Assembly: GCA_022793875.1 (NCBI GenBank)
Contig: JAAWDR010000002.1
Span: forward strand, 2,399-66,398
Length of the DNA: 64,000 nucleotides
Direction of reading: 5' to 3'
Source of the DNA: Clostridia bacterium
GTDB lineage: Bacteria; Bacillota; Clostridia; TANB77; CAG-508
The notes beneath the pieces are model-generated. The model saw only the letters and a list, made by a program, of their open reading frames with translations, was not told the origin of the DNA and did not search any database. This document shows, in pieces, positions 19,536 to 31,059 of the stretch (position 1 is the stretch's first letter; each line of letters opens with the position of its first letter). The position numbers and the translations under genes are program-made.

Positions 19536-19557
19536 CCTTTCCTAAATAATTCCAATT

Positions 19558-21882
19558 CTATTTTCTTGCAAATTTTCTTTCAATATCATATTTTGTCATT
19601 TTTATAGCTGTTGGCCTTCCATGCGGACATGTAAATGGATTTGGCAATTCTAATAATTTTTCCATTAAATTTTCCACTTCTTCTTTTGCAAGTACCATAT
19701 GTGCTTTTACCGCTGCTTTACATGCAACTGTTGCTATAAATTTTTCTTCTTTTTCTTGCTTTGCTGTTCTTGCTACTGTATTTATTTCATCTAATGTTTC
19801 TAAAAATAATTCTTTATTGTCTATGTCTATACATACTGTTGGGACTCCTGTTAATTTTATTGTATTCTCTCCAAACTCTTCTAAACTAAATCCTGCTTTT
19901 TCAAACATATCTATATTTTCTCTTGCTATTTCCATTTCTTTATGCGATAGTGTTATTATATCTGGTAATAATAACATTTGAGAATCTTTTGAACTTTCAC
20001 TATAATAGTTTCTCTTAACTTTTTCATACATTATTCTTTCATGTGCCGCATGTTGATCTATTATATACATTTCTTTATCGATTTCAATTATTATATATGT
20101 ATTAAATACTATTCCTATAAATTTGTATAATGGTTTATTATATTTTTCTTCTGTTTCAAATACTGATACATTATTTTTTACCCAATCTACTGCAACACTT
20201 TTAGTTTTTTCTTCAATATTTTCTTCACTTTCTGTTGATATTGGTCTTGTTCCAAATAATTTTACATACATTTCATTAAAGTCTGCTTTTTCTTCTTCCT
20301 CATATTGTAAGTATTTTACTCTCTTTATTTTTTTATCTAATTGTTCTATTTTTTCTTGTCTTTCTACTTCTTCTACTTTATCATCATTCTTTTCTAGAGT
20401 TTCTATGTCTTTTTGTACATTTTCATTTTCTTCCAAGAATTCTTCCTTGTTTTCTATATTTTCATTATTTTCTATATCTGATTTTATCTCTTCATTTTTT
20501 TCTACTTCTGTTTGTATGCTTTGTTCTTTTAGTTCTTCCTCACTATTTCTTATTCTTTTATCTTCTATTAATTCTTCACTATTTTCTATTTTAGTTTCTT
20601 CTAAAGAATTTTTGTCTTCATTTATTTCTATATTATTATTTTTGATGTCAATTTCTGTATTTTGTACAATACCTGTTTCTTTCTGTAGTTCTTCTTTCAT
20701 CTTTCTTAGTTGTTCTAAAATATCAGCTGTATTTACTGGTCCACCTTGTCCAACATTTACTACATTTGTTTTTATTTTACTTTCTTCTTCATTATAAGTT
20801 TCAATTTTTTGTATTTCATTTTTTCTAAAATCAAATAAACCTTGTGAACCACTTTCTTGATTTTCATCTTGCTCTTCTGTATTTGCAACTAATTCACTTT
20901 TTAACAATGTATCTTTTATAGCATGATATATTGATTGGAATATTTTATTTTCTTCTTCAAATCTTACTTCTAATTTTGCTGGATGAACATTTACATCTAC
21001 TTTTGCTGGATTCATATCTAAATTTAAAACTACAAATCCAAACTTTCCAATTGGTATTAGTCCTTTAAAGGCTTGTTCTGTTGCTGCTGTTAATGTTTTA
21101 TCTTTTATAAATCTTTTATTTACAAAGAATAATTGGTTTGTTCTATTAGATCTTGCAATTTCTGGTTTTCCTATAACTCCTGATATTTGAATATCTTCAT
21201 ATGAATATTCAACTGGTATTATGCCATTAGCTACATCTTTTCCATATATACTATATATTACACTTTTAATATCACCATTTCCATTTGTTTGAATTACTGT
21301 TTTCCCTGTATTTATTAATTTTATTGCAATATTAGGATTAACTAATGCTATTCTTGTTATAACATCTTCTACATATCCTGATTCGGTATAATCTTTTTTT
21401 AAAAATTTGTATCTTACAGGTGTATTGAAAAATAAGTTTCTTACTGTTATTGATGTTCCAGTTTGGCACCCTACTTCTTGTTTATCTATTATATTTCCTG
21501 CTTCAACTACTACTTTGTATCCTGTATCTTGTCTTTCTGTTTTTGATATCATTTCTACATTAGCTATCGCTGCAATACTTGCTAATGCTTCTCCTCTAAA
21601 CCCCATTGATGTTACTAGATTTAAATCATCTGCACTTCTTATTTTACTTGTTGCATGTCTTTCAAATGCTATTTCTAAGTCGTCTGCTGCTATTCCTTTT
21701 CCATTGTCTGTAACTTTTATAAATGATATTCCTCCATTTTTTATTTCTACTGTTATGTTATTCGCCCCTGCGTCTATTGAGTTTTCTACCATTTCTTTTA
21801 TTACTGATGCTGGTCTTTCTATAACTTCTCCTGCTGCTATTTTATTTATTGTTAAGTCGTCTAATAATACTATATTTCCCAT
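19558..21882 (-). CDS. mutL: DNA mismatch repair protein MutL
   Basis: GHKL ATPase N-terminus (LTINKIAAGEVIERPASVIKEMVENSIDAG), long acidic linker, C-terminal dimerisation/endonuclease region (DQHAAHERI, ACKAAVKA, CPHGRP). Start set at ATG 21882, which has a GAAGG RBS. Confidence 0.93.
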   Translation of the reverse strand: MGNIVLLDDLTINKIAAGEVIERPASVIKEMVENSIDAGANNITVEIKNGGISFIKVTDNGKGIAADDLEIAFERHATSKIRSADDLNLVTSMGFRGEALASIAAIANVEMISKTERQDTGYKVVVEAGNIIDKQEVGCQTGTSITVRNLFFNTPVRYKFLKKDYTESGYVEDVITRIALVNPNIAIKLINTGKTVIQTNGNGDIKSVIYSIYGKDVANGIIPVEYSYEDIQISGVIGKPEIARSNRTNQLFFVNKRFIKDKTLTAATEQAFKGLIPIGKFGFVVLNLDMNPAKVDVNVHPAKLEVRFEEENKIFQSIYHAIKDTLLKSELVANTEEQDENQESGSQGLFDFRKNEIQKIETYNEEESKIKTNVVNVGQGGPVNTADILEQLRKMKEELQKETGIVQNTEIDIKNNNIEINEDKNSLEETKIENSEELIEDKRIRNSEEELKEQSIQTEVEKNEEIKSDIENNENIENKEEFLEENENVQKDIETLEKNDDKVEEVERQEKIEQLDKKIKRVKYLQYEEEEKADFNEMYVKLFGTRPISTESEENIEEKTKSVAVDWVKNNVSVFETEEKYNKPLYKFIGIVFNTYIIIEIDKEMYIIDQHAAHERIMYEKVKRNYYSESSKDSQMLLLPDIITLSHKEMEIARENIDMFEKAGFSLEEFGENTIKLTGVPTVCIDIDNKELFLETLDEINTVARTAKQEKEEKFIATVACKAAVKAHMVLAKEEVENLMEKLLELPNPFTCPHGRPTAIKMTKYDIERKFARK

Positions 21883-21983
21883 TTTTTTACCTTCTCTCAT
21901 TCATTGTCTTCCAAAAATTTCTTTGATGCTATTATATCATTACTTTTTTTATTTTGTATAGTAATTTTTGAAAATTTTTTACT

Positions 21984-22014
21984 AAAAAAACTCCTTTAAA
22001 ATTTAAAGAAGTTT
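21984..22014 (-). terminator. rho-independent terminator after the secF-like gene
   Basis: On the minus strand: AAACTTCTTTAAA-TT-TTAAAGGAGTTT followed by TTTTTT. Confidence 0.6.
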
Positions 22015-22022
22015 TTCATTTA

Positions 22023-22673
22023 CTATTTATTTTCCTTTACCATATTTTTCTTTATATCTTGTTCAAATTTGCTAGTAGCAACATAAACTGACAATACATA
22101 AACAATCAAAACTGAAGGTATTGTAAATCTACCAACTGGCATTCTAGTAAAAGCCATTATACATAATAGAACTATTTGAGCAAGAGCTATAATTGCAAAT
22201 GATTGACCTAACACTTTAAAGCAATTTAATTTGTTATATCTTATCATGAAATATGCAATTATAATTATAGCACTGATTATAAAAGGAACTATATATGGTC
22301 TTATTATATCTCTTCCTCTTGTATTTGAAACAGTTTCAATCTCTACACTTTCTATTTTTATTTCAGTTTCATATTTTTCACTTAGCTTTGCAACTAACTC
22401 TTGTCTTTGCTCTTCTGTAATTTCTGTTGTTGTTATACTTAATGCATCTTTGTAGACTTCAATTTCTTGAATTCTTACTGGTTGCTCTCCAAATACTTCA
22501 TTTGTTATTTGTTTTATATCTGTTCTATCAAATTCTTTACCCAAATTTATTTCTACTTTTTTCAAATTTGAATATTTTAGTTCAAAAGCTAGTCCTTTTG
22601 CAAATATTACAATAATTCCTACTACTAATATTATAGCAATCATAGCTACTAAAATTTTCGTTTCTTTTTTCAT
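22023..22673 (-). CDS. SecF-like protein-export membrane protein (short, divergent)
   Basis: N-terminal TM, ~100-aa periplasmic-type loop, then a cluster of TM helices. Only 216 aa, where I would expect about 290 for canonical SecF. Adjacent to the SecD-like gene. Confidence 0.5.
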   Translation of the reverse strand: MKKETKILVAMIAIILVVGIIVIFAKGLAFELKYSNLKKVEINLGKEFDRTDIKQITNEVFGEQPVRIQEIEVYKDALSITTTEITEEQRQELVAKLSEKYETEIKIESVEIETVSNTRGRDIIRPYIVPFIISAIIIIAYFMIRYNKLNCFKVLGQSFAIIALAQIVLLCIMAFTRMPVGRFTIPSVLIVYVLSVYVATSKFEQDIKKNMVKENK

Positions 22674-22726
22674 TTTTTCTTCCTCTCTCTCCGCTTCATT
22701 TTGTCTCTTTAATATACTTTATGAAA

Positions 22727-24214
22727 TTATTTTTCTTCTAAATTTATTTTTAATAAACTTCTTGTAATTATTGCATTATAAATTGCAATTATAACTAATC
22801 CCCAGAATAATATCATTCCAAAACTGCTTATAGTAATCCATCTTACAAAACAGAACACTATTGATAATATGCATATTGGTAATACCATGTTAAAGAACTT
22901 TTTATATGTTTCTATTGTTGCTTTATTTACTGAATTATCTTTATTTTCTATATTTTTTAATAATCTAAGTGTAAATATATAATTTAATACTAACATTATT
23001 TCAATTCCAAATATTGATTCAATTGATAATGTTACATTTGCATATCTTATTAATAGTGTATATATAGCTGCTAATCCAATATATGCAATTCCTGTAAGTA
23101 ATCCATTTAATTTATATTCTGCAATTAAAATTATAATTCCAACTAACATTGCAACTGCCATAACTATTTCTACAATTACTAAATCTGGTTTTGTTATGTC
23201 TGATAAAATATATTGATTTTTTAATACATTATATTTTAATGGTAAGTTGCCATCATTCAAAGATACTGCTACATTTTGTGCTTCTGTAACATATTCTTGT
23301 AATTCTGATGTATCTGTTGCTACTTGTCCTACTGACAATTGAAGTTTTCCTTCTTTCATTTCTTCATCAAAACTTGTTGACATTATCTCTTGACCATCAA
23401 TTTTCATTGTTACTTTTTTTTCTATTGTTTGTTTATTTTCTTCATCAGTATTTTCTGTTGTTGTATTATTTTCTACTGTTTCATTTTCTGTTGTGGAATT
23501 TGCTTCTACATTATTCTCTACTGAATTATTTTCTACTTCTGTTTTTACATATGTTTTACTTATATCTCTTAATTTTTTCTTTCCTTCTTTATTAAATGAG
23601 ATTTCTAGGAATACTCTTGTTCCAGTTTCTGTTCTATTATATAATACATCTGATGATTTTATATTGCTATTATCTAGTAATACTTCTTTTGTTTCAGCAT
23701 CAATTATTTCAAATTTTCCCATTACATTTAGCTTAGATACAATTACATCTGTTCTTGAGTCTTCTGGTATTTCTACTGTAATTTCTCCTGTTTCTTCATT
23801 TAAGCTTACATTATATTCTTGTACTCCTAAATAGTCCAATCTTTTTTCAATTATTTTCTTTGATTTTTTATAGTTTTCTACTGTTTTATCTTCTTCTTTA
23901 TTATTTGGTACTTCTTCTGTTATATATCCTTTTTCTTTTATTTCGTCTTCTGTTGCATTTTCTATAACATTTCCTTCACTATCTTTTACTACTTCTGTTG
24001 TACCTGCACTTACTTGTAAAATTATAGTTCTTGTTCCTTTAAGTGCCATAGAATATGAATAATCTTTTACTTTATTACTCATCTGATTTCTATTTTGAGC
24101 ATATATTCCAAAAAATCCTATCATTGATATTAACACTACTAGTAAACATATTGTTAATATTTTTACTCTTTTTATTGCATTTTTGCTATTTGTTTTTTTA
24201 CTTTCCTTTTTCAT
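22727..24214 (-). CDS. SecD-like protein-export membrane protein (divergent)
   Basis: N-terminal TM, large extracytoplasmic head (..ALKGTRTIILQV.., KRLDYLGVQEYNVSLNEETGEITVEIP), C-terminal TM bundle. Confidence 0.55.
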   Translation of the reverse strand: MKKESKKTNSKNAIKRVKILTICLLVVLISMIGFFGIYAQNRNQMSNKVKDYSYSMALKGTRTIILQVSAGTTEVVKDSEGNVIENATEDEIKEKGYITEEVPNNKEEDKTVENYKKSKKIIEKRLDYLGVQEYNVSLNEETGEITVEIPEDSRTDVIVSKLNVMGKFEIIDAETKEVLLDNSNIKSSDVLYNRTETGTRVFLEISFNKEGKKKLRDISKTYVKTEVENNSVENNVEANSTTENETVENNTTTENTDEENKQTIEKKVTMKIDGQEIMSTSFDEEMKEGKLQLSVGQVATDTSELQEYVTEAQNVAVSLNDGNLPLKYNVLKNQYILSDITKPDLVIVEIVMAVAMLVGIIILIAEYKLNGLLTGIAYIGLAAIYTLLIRYANVTLSIESIFGIEIMLVLNYIFTLRLLKNIENKDNSVNKATIETYKKFFNMVLPICILSIVFCFVRWITISSFGMILFWGLVIIAIYNAIITRSLLKINLEEK

Positions 24215-24228
24215 TTTTTTCCTCCATA

Positions 24229-24888
24229 TTATAATAATTTTGTATCATTAATAATTAATTCAAACCATACTTTTAAAAACTTTGCTGCATATTTATTCAT
24301 CATAGTTCTTTCCATAAATATTTCAAAATAGTCTAATACTGGACATATTTTTGTATCAATTGTTAAGTCTAACATTATTTTTCTTTCATTTTCATTTATA
24401 ATTAAGTTCGCATTTGTTACTGCATAATTAACTCTATCATGTATTCCAAATGTTGATAAGTTTCTGTTTACAACTCTATCTCTGTGCACATCTGATTTGT
24501 CTGCTAATATTAATGCTGCTGATATATCACTTATTGCTGTTCCTGTATTTTCATCATGATTTCCTATTGCCATCATTATTTCTGTTCTTTCCTCAACTGG
24601 CATTCCCATATCTTTCAAAATGTTATATGCCAATATTGCTCCATTATGTGCATGGTCCACTCTATTTATACAATTTCCTAAATCATGCATATATCCTGCT
24701 ATTCTTGCAAGCTCTACTGTTCTTTCTGGATATCCTAATCTTTCTAGTATATCTCCTGCTCTTTTTGATACTATTGATATATGTCTATGTCCATGTTCTG
24801 TATATCCTAGAGCTCTTAATTGTTTTTGTGCTCCTTGTATTAAAGCATCTACCTCTGGATTTTCTCTAACATCTTTTAAAGTTATCAT
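24229..24888 (-). CDS. HD-domain phosphohydrolase
   Basis: H..HD signature (EHGHRHISIV ... GYMHDLGN ... GNHDE). Confidence 0.8.
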   Translation of the reverse strand: MITLKDVRENPEVDALIQGAQKQLRALGYTEHGHRHISIVSKRAGDILERLGYPERTVELARIAGYMHDLGNCINRVDHAHNGAILAYNILKDMGMPVEERTEIMMAIGNHDENTGTAISDISAALILADKSDVHRDRVVNRNLSTFGIHDRVNYAVTNANLIINENERKIMLDLTIDTKICPVLDYFEIFMERTMMNKYAAKFLKVWFELIINDTKLL

Positions 24889-25061
24889 TTGCTTCCTCCT
24901 TTTGTCTTTTTTGATTTTATATTAATTTTTAAAAAATATCAACTGTTTTTTTGATTTTTATTATTATATTAATAACTTTTACTTATTATTCAAACATTTA
25001 TCAAATAAAGTATTTATTTTTCTTTAATTTTATGTTAATATTATATCTAGGAGGAAAAATT

Positions 25062-25649
25062 ATGAAAATAATTGGTATAACAGGAAAATCAGGATGTGGA
25101 AAAAGTACCTTTGCATCACTATTATCTAAAAGATTAAATTGTCAACATATTGATATTGATAAAATAGGGCATCAAGCTATATTACAACCAGAAATAATAA
25201 ATTCTTTATGTAATGAATTTGGAACACAAATACTAAATGAAGATGGTTTTATAGATAGAAAGAAATTGGGATCTATTGTATTTGTACAAAAAGATAAAAT
25301 GAAAATTTTAGAAAATTTAACATATGGATATATGCAAAAATGTTTAGATGAAATATTATCTCAAAATAATGATTTTATAGTATTAGAATATATTTTGTTA
25401 CCACGTACTAAATATTGGGATATGTGTAATTCTAAAATTTTAGTTAAATCTGATGATACTAAAAGAAAAGCTAAGGTAATAGAAAGAGATCATATATCTC
25501 CAGAATATTTTGATAAAAGAGATTCTGCAAGTATAGATTATTCTTCTCTTTCTTTTGATTACATATTTGAAAATGATTATAATACGGAATCTATGAGTCA
25601 AATGTTTGATAAAATATGTGAACAATATATTGGAGATGATGAAAGATAG
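25062..25649 (+). CDS. coaE: dephospho-CoA kinase-like P-loop kinase
   Basis: ORF trimmed to ATG 25062 (AGGAGGA RBS). MKIIGITGKSGCGKST, IDIDKIGHQ, FG..ILNEDGFIDRKKLGSIVF matches the CoaE pattern. Confidence 0.7.
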   Translation: MKIIGITGKSGCGKSTFASLLSKRLNCQHIDIDKIGHQAILQPEIINSLCNEFGTQILNEDGFIDRKKLGSIVFVQKDKMKILENLTYGYMQKCLDEILSQNNDFIVLEYILLPRTKYWDMCNSKILVKSDDTKRKAKVIERDHISPEYFDKRDSASIDYSSLSFDYIFENDYNTESMSQMFDKICEQYIGDDER

Positions 25650-25694
25650 AATCAGAAAAAGACATGAGATAATCTCATGCCTTTTTTATTGGTT

Positions 25695-26165
25695 TTACAT
25701 TTTGATTAATTTGTATATTTCTTCTGGAACATATTTAGATATATCTTTGTTATAGTCTCTTAATTCCATAACCCAGCTTGAACTTACAATCCCTAATTTT
25801 CCAGCTCTAATATATATTGTATCAAGTCCTGATATTTCTTCATTTGTTGCTGCTAAATTTTCTTCACTCTCATAATCCATGCCATTTCTAACACCTCTAA
25901 TTAAAGTGTCACATCCATTTTCAATTGCTGCATCTACTGCAAGGTTATCAAAAATGATAACTTTTACATTCTTTAATCCTTCACTTTCCATTGCTTTTTC
26001 CATAGCTATTCTCATTGCATTCCTATCAAATCTACGATGCTTTTTCTCTTTATTCTTTCCAATTCCTACTACAACTTCATCAAATAGCTCTGCTGATTTT
26101 TTAACTACATGTAAATGTCCATTTGTGAATGGGTCAAAACTTCCTGCATAAAAACCTCTTTTCAT
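25695..26165 (-). CDS. coaD: phosphopantetheine adenylyltransferase
   Basis: MKRGFYAGSFDPFTNGHLHVV (T/HxGH nucleotidyltransferase motif), 156 aa. Confidence 0.88.
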   Translation of the reverse strand: MKRGFYAGSFDPFTNGHLHVVKKSAELFDEVVVGIGKNKEKKHRRFDRNAMRIAMEKAMESEGLKNVKVIIFDNLAVDAAIENGCDTLIRGVRNGMDYESEENLAATNEEISGLDTIYIRAGKLGIVSSSWVMELRDYNKDISKYVPEEIYKLIKM

Positions 26166-26166
26166 A

Positions 26167-26358
26167 TTAAGCCCTCCTTATATGAGAATTTTTCCATGCT
26201 TCAACTTCTTTTACAGCAATTTTTTTCATTTTTCTTTTCAAACTTTTGTCAATTTTTTTAAGTCGTTTTTTAATTTTTCCCTCTTCGATTTTTTCTTGTT
26301 CTTCATCTAACGTACTTTCAGACTTCGGCATGTCAAAGGTTTCAAATTTAATTGCCAT
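26167..26358 (-). CDS. hypothetical Lys-rich small protein (63 aa)
   Basis: ORF ending 1 nt before the coaD start. No motif. Confidence 0.4.
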   Translation of the reverse strand: MAIKFETFDMPKSESTLDEEQEKIEEGKIKKRLKKIDKSLKRKMKKIAVKEVEAWKNSHIRRA

Positions 26359-26494
26359 TGGTTTTCCTCCTTAAAATAATTATTTTATAGTAACTGTTTA
26401 TATATCTAATTGTAAAAATAAGAGTAAAAAAATTTATATAAATATTTTATCATTCTTTTTGCTATTTATCAAGTTTTTTGTTAATTTTATATAT

Positions 26495-26531
26495 AAAAAA
26501 CAACTTACAAACCTTATTAGTTTGTAAGTTG
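26495..26531 (-). terminator. rho-independent terminator downstream of tRNA-Gly
   Basis: On the minus strand: CAACTTACAAAC-TAATAAG-GTTTGTAAGTTG followed by TTTTTT. Confidence 0.8.
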
Positions 26532-26539
26532 CTATAAAT

Positions 26540-26613
<74 letters not shown>

Positions 26614-26692
26614 ATATTGCTCCTGACAGTTATAAATTATAAAGCATTTTTTTATAACTGTCAAGAGTTTTTTTAAAATTTTTCAAAAAATT

Positions 26693-28333
<1,641 letters not shown>

Positions 28334-28356
28334 TCAAACTCCTCTCACTATAAAAG

Positions 28357-28612
28357 GGGGATTAAGGGGACGGGTCTTAAAATCCCTCTAAAAATAAATT
28401 TATTTTATAGTTATATATATTAAAATAAAGTGATGCGCAGTTTGGGAGGGTATAATTCATACAGATAAGATATATTAATATTTCTTATTATGAAAAATTT
28501 AATAACTTGTTTATATGATTAACCCGACCAGCAAAGAACGACATTTTAATATATATAGCTATAAAATTAATAATATATATAAGGGATTTTAAGACCCGTC
28601 CCCTTAATCCCC
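28357..28612. repeat. ~256-nt foldback (MITE-like) element in the groES-groEL spacer
   Basis: Perfect 31-nt terminal inverted repeats GGGGATTAAGGGGACGGGTCTTAAAATCCCT (28357-28387 / 28582-28612). Inner 25-nt arms 28402-28426 / 28543-28567 have 1 mismatch. The centre is also largely self-complementary. Confidence 0.9.
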
Positions 28613-28619
28613 TGTTTTT

Positions 28620-28928
<309 letters not shown>

Positions 28929-28938
28929 CTAAAAGTTT

Positions 28939-28965
28939 TTAGCACTCTTTATTATTAACTGCTAA
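28939..28965. promoter_or_regulatory. CIRCE (HrcA operator) upstream of groES
   Basis: TTAGCACTC-N9-AACTGCTAA versus consensus TTAGCACTC-N9-GAGTGCTAA (2 mismatches in the second arm). Confidence 0.8.
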
Positions 28966-28968
28966 TAA

Positions 28969-29008
28969 TTTATACTTTTTTTTAGCAAATGTCAATAGTG
29001 TTTGCTAA
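28969..29008 (-). promoter_or_regulatory. putative sigmaA promoter of groESL overlapped by a second CIRCE-like inverted repeat
   Basis: On the minus strand: TTGACA (28995-28990), a 15-nt spacer, TATAAA (28974-28969). TTAGCAAAT-N9-GTTTGCTAA (28982-29008) spans the -35. Confidence 0.55.
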
Positions 29009-29200
29009 AATTCACATAGATTTCACATTTATTTTATACTACACCATTTTATTGCATTATAATATATTTCTTATTTATAGTTTTTAGAACAAATTAGAAA
29101 CAAATAAAATATTAATATATCAACATTTTACATTTTTTATTATCTAAGGCTGACTAGTAACAACTAATTTCACTTTTATTCATATTATCTAAAATTGTTG

Positions 29201-29230
29201 TTGACAATTTTACATAATGCATGATATACT
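29201..29230 (+). promoter_or_regulatory. strong sigmaA-type promoter of the plus-strand cassette
   Basis: TTGACA (29201-29206), 18-nt spacer ending in TGA (extended -10), TATACT (29225-29230). Confidence 0.6.
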
Positions 29231-29352
29231 AGTATAGTAAAAAATTAGTACATTGGCAATAAAATAAGGAGGGACAATATGTTTAAAGACACTTAAATCT
29301 AATGCTATTAGTAACTTGTCAACCACGCCACCACTACTTTAGGAGGTAAACT

Positions 29353-29730
29353 ATGAGATTAGACAATGAGTTCAAAAAAGACACTGATAGAGAGTTTAGA
29401 GAAGGTGATTATATTGCCAAGAAACTCTTTACTCGTGGAGTATTAATTGTAGTTCTTTTAGTTGTCATTTTCGGTGCTATCGGCTTTGGATACAAGAAGT
29501 TTGCAGTTAATGCGAACCGAGAAATCTTCAAAGATTCTATCGCTTATACTGAAACCGCCGCTAATTTCCTGGCAAAAGAATATCAGGAATATAACAAGGC
29601 TGAAACTGATGTTGAGAAAACAGCAATTATGCAATATGTTATAAACAGATATCCAAACTTAGACACAGATGATATTAAAAATCGTGACCTTAGGGCTTTT
29701 TATAAAGAATGCTTACGTGGAGGTAACTAA
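29353..29730 (+). CDS. hypothetical single-pass membrane protein (125 aa), foreign-looking composition
   Basis: AGGAGG RBS. One TM helix (VLIVVLLVVIFGAIGFGY). Codons such as GGC, GCC and CTG are unusual for this window. Confidence 0.6.
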   Translation: MRLDNEFKKDTDREFREGDYIAKKLFTRGVLIVVLLVVIFGAIGFGYKKFAVNANREIFKDSIAYTETAANFLAKEYQEYNKAETDVEKTAIMQYVINRYPNLDTDDIKNRDLRAFYKECLRGGN

Positions 29731-29731
29731 T

Positions 29732-30268
29732 ATGAAAATGAAAAAAAGAACAATAGCTCTTATTCTCGTATCAGTTTTATGTATCAGTTGCTTAACTGGG
29801 TGCAATGATGCTTCTGCAAGAAGAGATAAGCAATACTCTGAAGAAATGAAATCACAAATTGCAGAAGCAATTGGATATCCTGATCTTGCTAATTTCTTCG
29901 AGTATGCTCAGCTTAAAGAAATCTATGAGTTACGAGACGACCCAAATCTCATTTGCTACTGGTATACTAAATGTGAATATACTGGTAAATGGGTCTATGA
30001 AGGTCAGTGTATTGGATATGGTATCCCATATTCTGCCAGCATTACTTCCCCTGATATGGTCTATTACAATTCAAGTGGAGCAGTTGTTTCACAGGCTGAA
30101 CCTAATGGTATTTATACCAATGGTCTAAGTACATCTGCTACTTGGATACTTGCAATTGATTCAGAGGGAAATATTACTCCTGATTATGTTGAACAGTCTA
30201 TCCGCGTATCTCAAAATAAAATCCCCGCAAAAAAATGCGAAGATTGGTCTCTCCCAAGTAACTATTAA
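29732..30268 (+). CDS. putative lipoprotein (178 aa)
   Basis: ORF trimmed to ATG 29732 (GGAGGT RBS). Signal peptide plus lipobox MKMKKRTIALILVSVLCISCLTGC. Coupled to the upstream ORF (stop and start 1 nt apart). Confidence 0.65.
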   Translation: MKMKKRTIALILVSVLCISCLTGCNDASARRDKQYSEEMKSQIAEAIGYPDLANFFEYAQLKEIYELRDDPNLICYWYTKCEYTGKWVYEGQCIGYGIPYSASITSPDMVYYNSSGAVVSQAEPNGIYTNGLSTSATWILAIDSEGNITPDYVEQSIRVSQNKIPAKKCEDWSLPSNY

Positions 30269-30306
30269 AATCAAAATTTGATTTTTTAGTCACATTGCGC
30301 ACATAG

Positions 30307-30336
30307 AACTCCCCTAGTCTAACTAAGGGAGTTTTT
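30307..30336 (+). terminator. rho-independent terminator of the cassette
   Basis: AACTCCC-loop-GGGAGTT followed by TTTT. Confidence 0.75.
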
Positions 30337-30346
30337 GTTATATATT

Positions 30347-31034
30347 TTAATTTTTACATACATCAACAAAATATCTAAAAATATTATTCATTCTCTCATC
30401 TTTTAAATATAAACTTTCTGGATGAAATCTAACACCAATATAAAACTTTTTATCTTTGCTTTCTACCACATCTGGATAACCATCTTCACAAAAAGCTACT
30501 TTATCAAGCATTGGACAATTCTTTATTGTTCTTTTATGTCTAGAATTTACATCCATTTCTTCTGTTTTTACTATATCATAAAATTTTGAATTCTTTTGTA
30601 TTTTTATACTATGTACATATTCATCAAATGATTTATCATGTTTTTCAGGATTTGAAATTTTATAAGTATCTCCTCCGAAGGGCTCTAACTATACAATTCT
30701 GCCCTGCACATATTCCTAATATTGGTATATCTTTTTCATAGCAATATTTTGCAACAATCACTTCATAATTATCTGTTTCAACTCCACCCTGTAATACAAT
30801 TCCATCACATAATTCTATCTGTGATATTAAATTTTCTTTTTCTTCTACTGATAAATTTTCTTTCCAATTGTCTCCACTATAATTTATTTTTGCTTCAGTT
30901 GGCAATATTCCAATCGCAATTCCGCCATTACTAAATACTGCTTGCTTAACCTCATCTCTTATAAAAATATCAACTTTATTTGATTTATATTCTGCATAAT
31001 GCTTTGAAACTATTCCTATAATTGGCTTCTTCAT
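30347..31034 (-). pseudogene. class I glutamine amidotransferase / peptidase C26 (PuuD-like gamma-glutamyl hydrolase), +1 frameshifted
   Basis: N part MKKPIIGIV...DIPILGICAGQN (nucleophile Cys). C part ..GVRFHPE.. (His/Glu). Deleting the C of CTT-CGG-AGG (CGG = 30677-30675) gives a continuous ..VRALGGDTYKISNPEKH.. Confidence 0.8.
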
Positions 31035-31059
31035 ATTAAATTCTCCTAACATTTTATTA

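Noticed and set aside
26614-26692. Hairpin TGACAGTTATAA..TTATAACTGTCA between groEL and tRNA-Gly, considered as the groEL terminator.
   Set aside because: The T-run follows the stem only on the plus strand, where there is no upstream gene. On the minus strand no U-tract follows, so its role is unclear and tRNA-Gly may be co-transcribed.
28428-28456. A perfect TATAAT (28451-28456, plus strand) inside the groESL foldback, considered as an antisense promoter.
   Set aside because: The -35 region at the proper spacing (AAGTGA) is poor and there is no downstream plus-strand gene. A TATAAT hexamer is expected by chance in AT-rich DNA.
29130-30340. att-like direct repeats flanking the higher-GC cassette (..GACTAGTAACAACTAA.. 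on the left versus ..CCTAGTCTAACTAAGG.. on the right).
   Set aside because: The similarity is short and interrupted. The right-hand match is part of the terminator stem. This is not enough to call insertion-site duplications.
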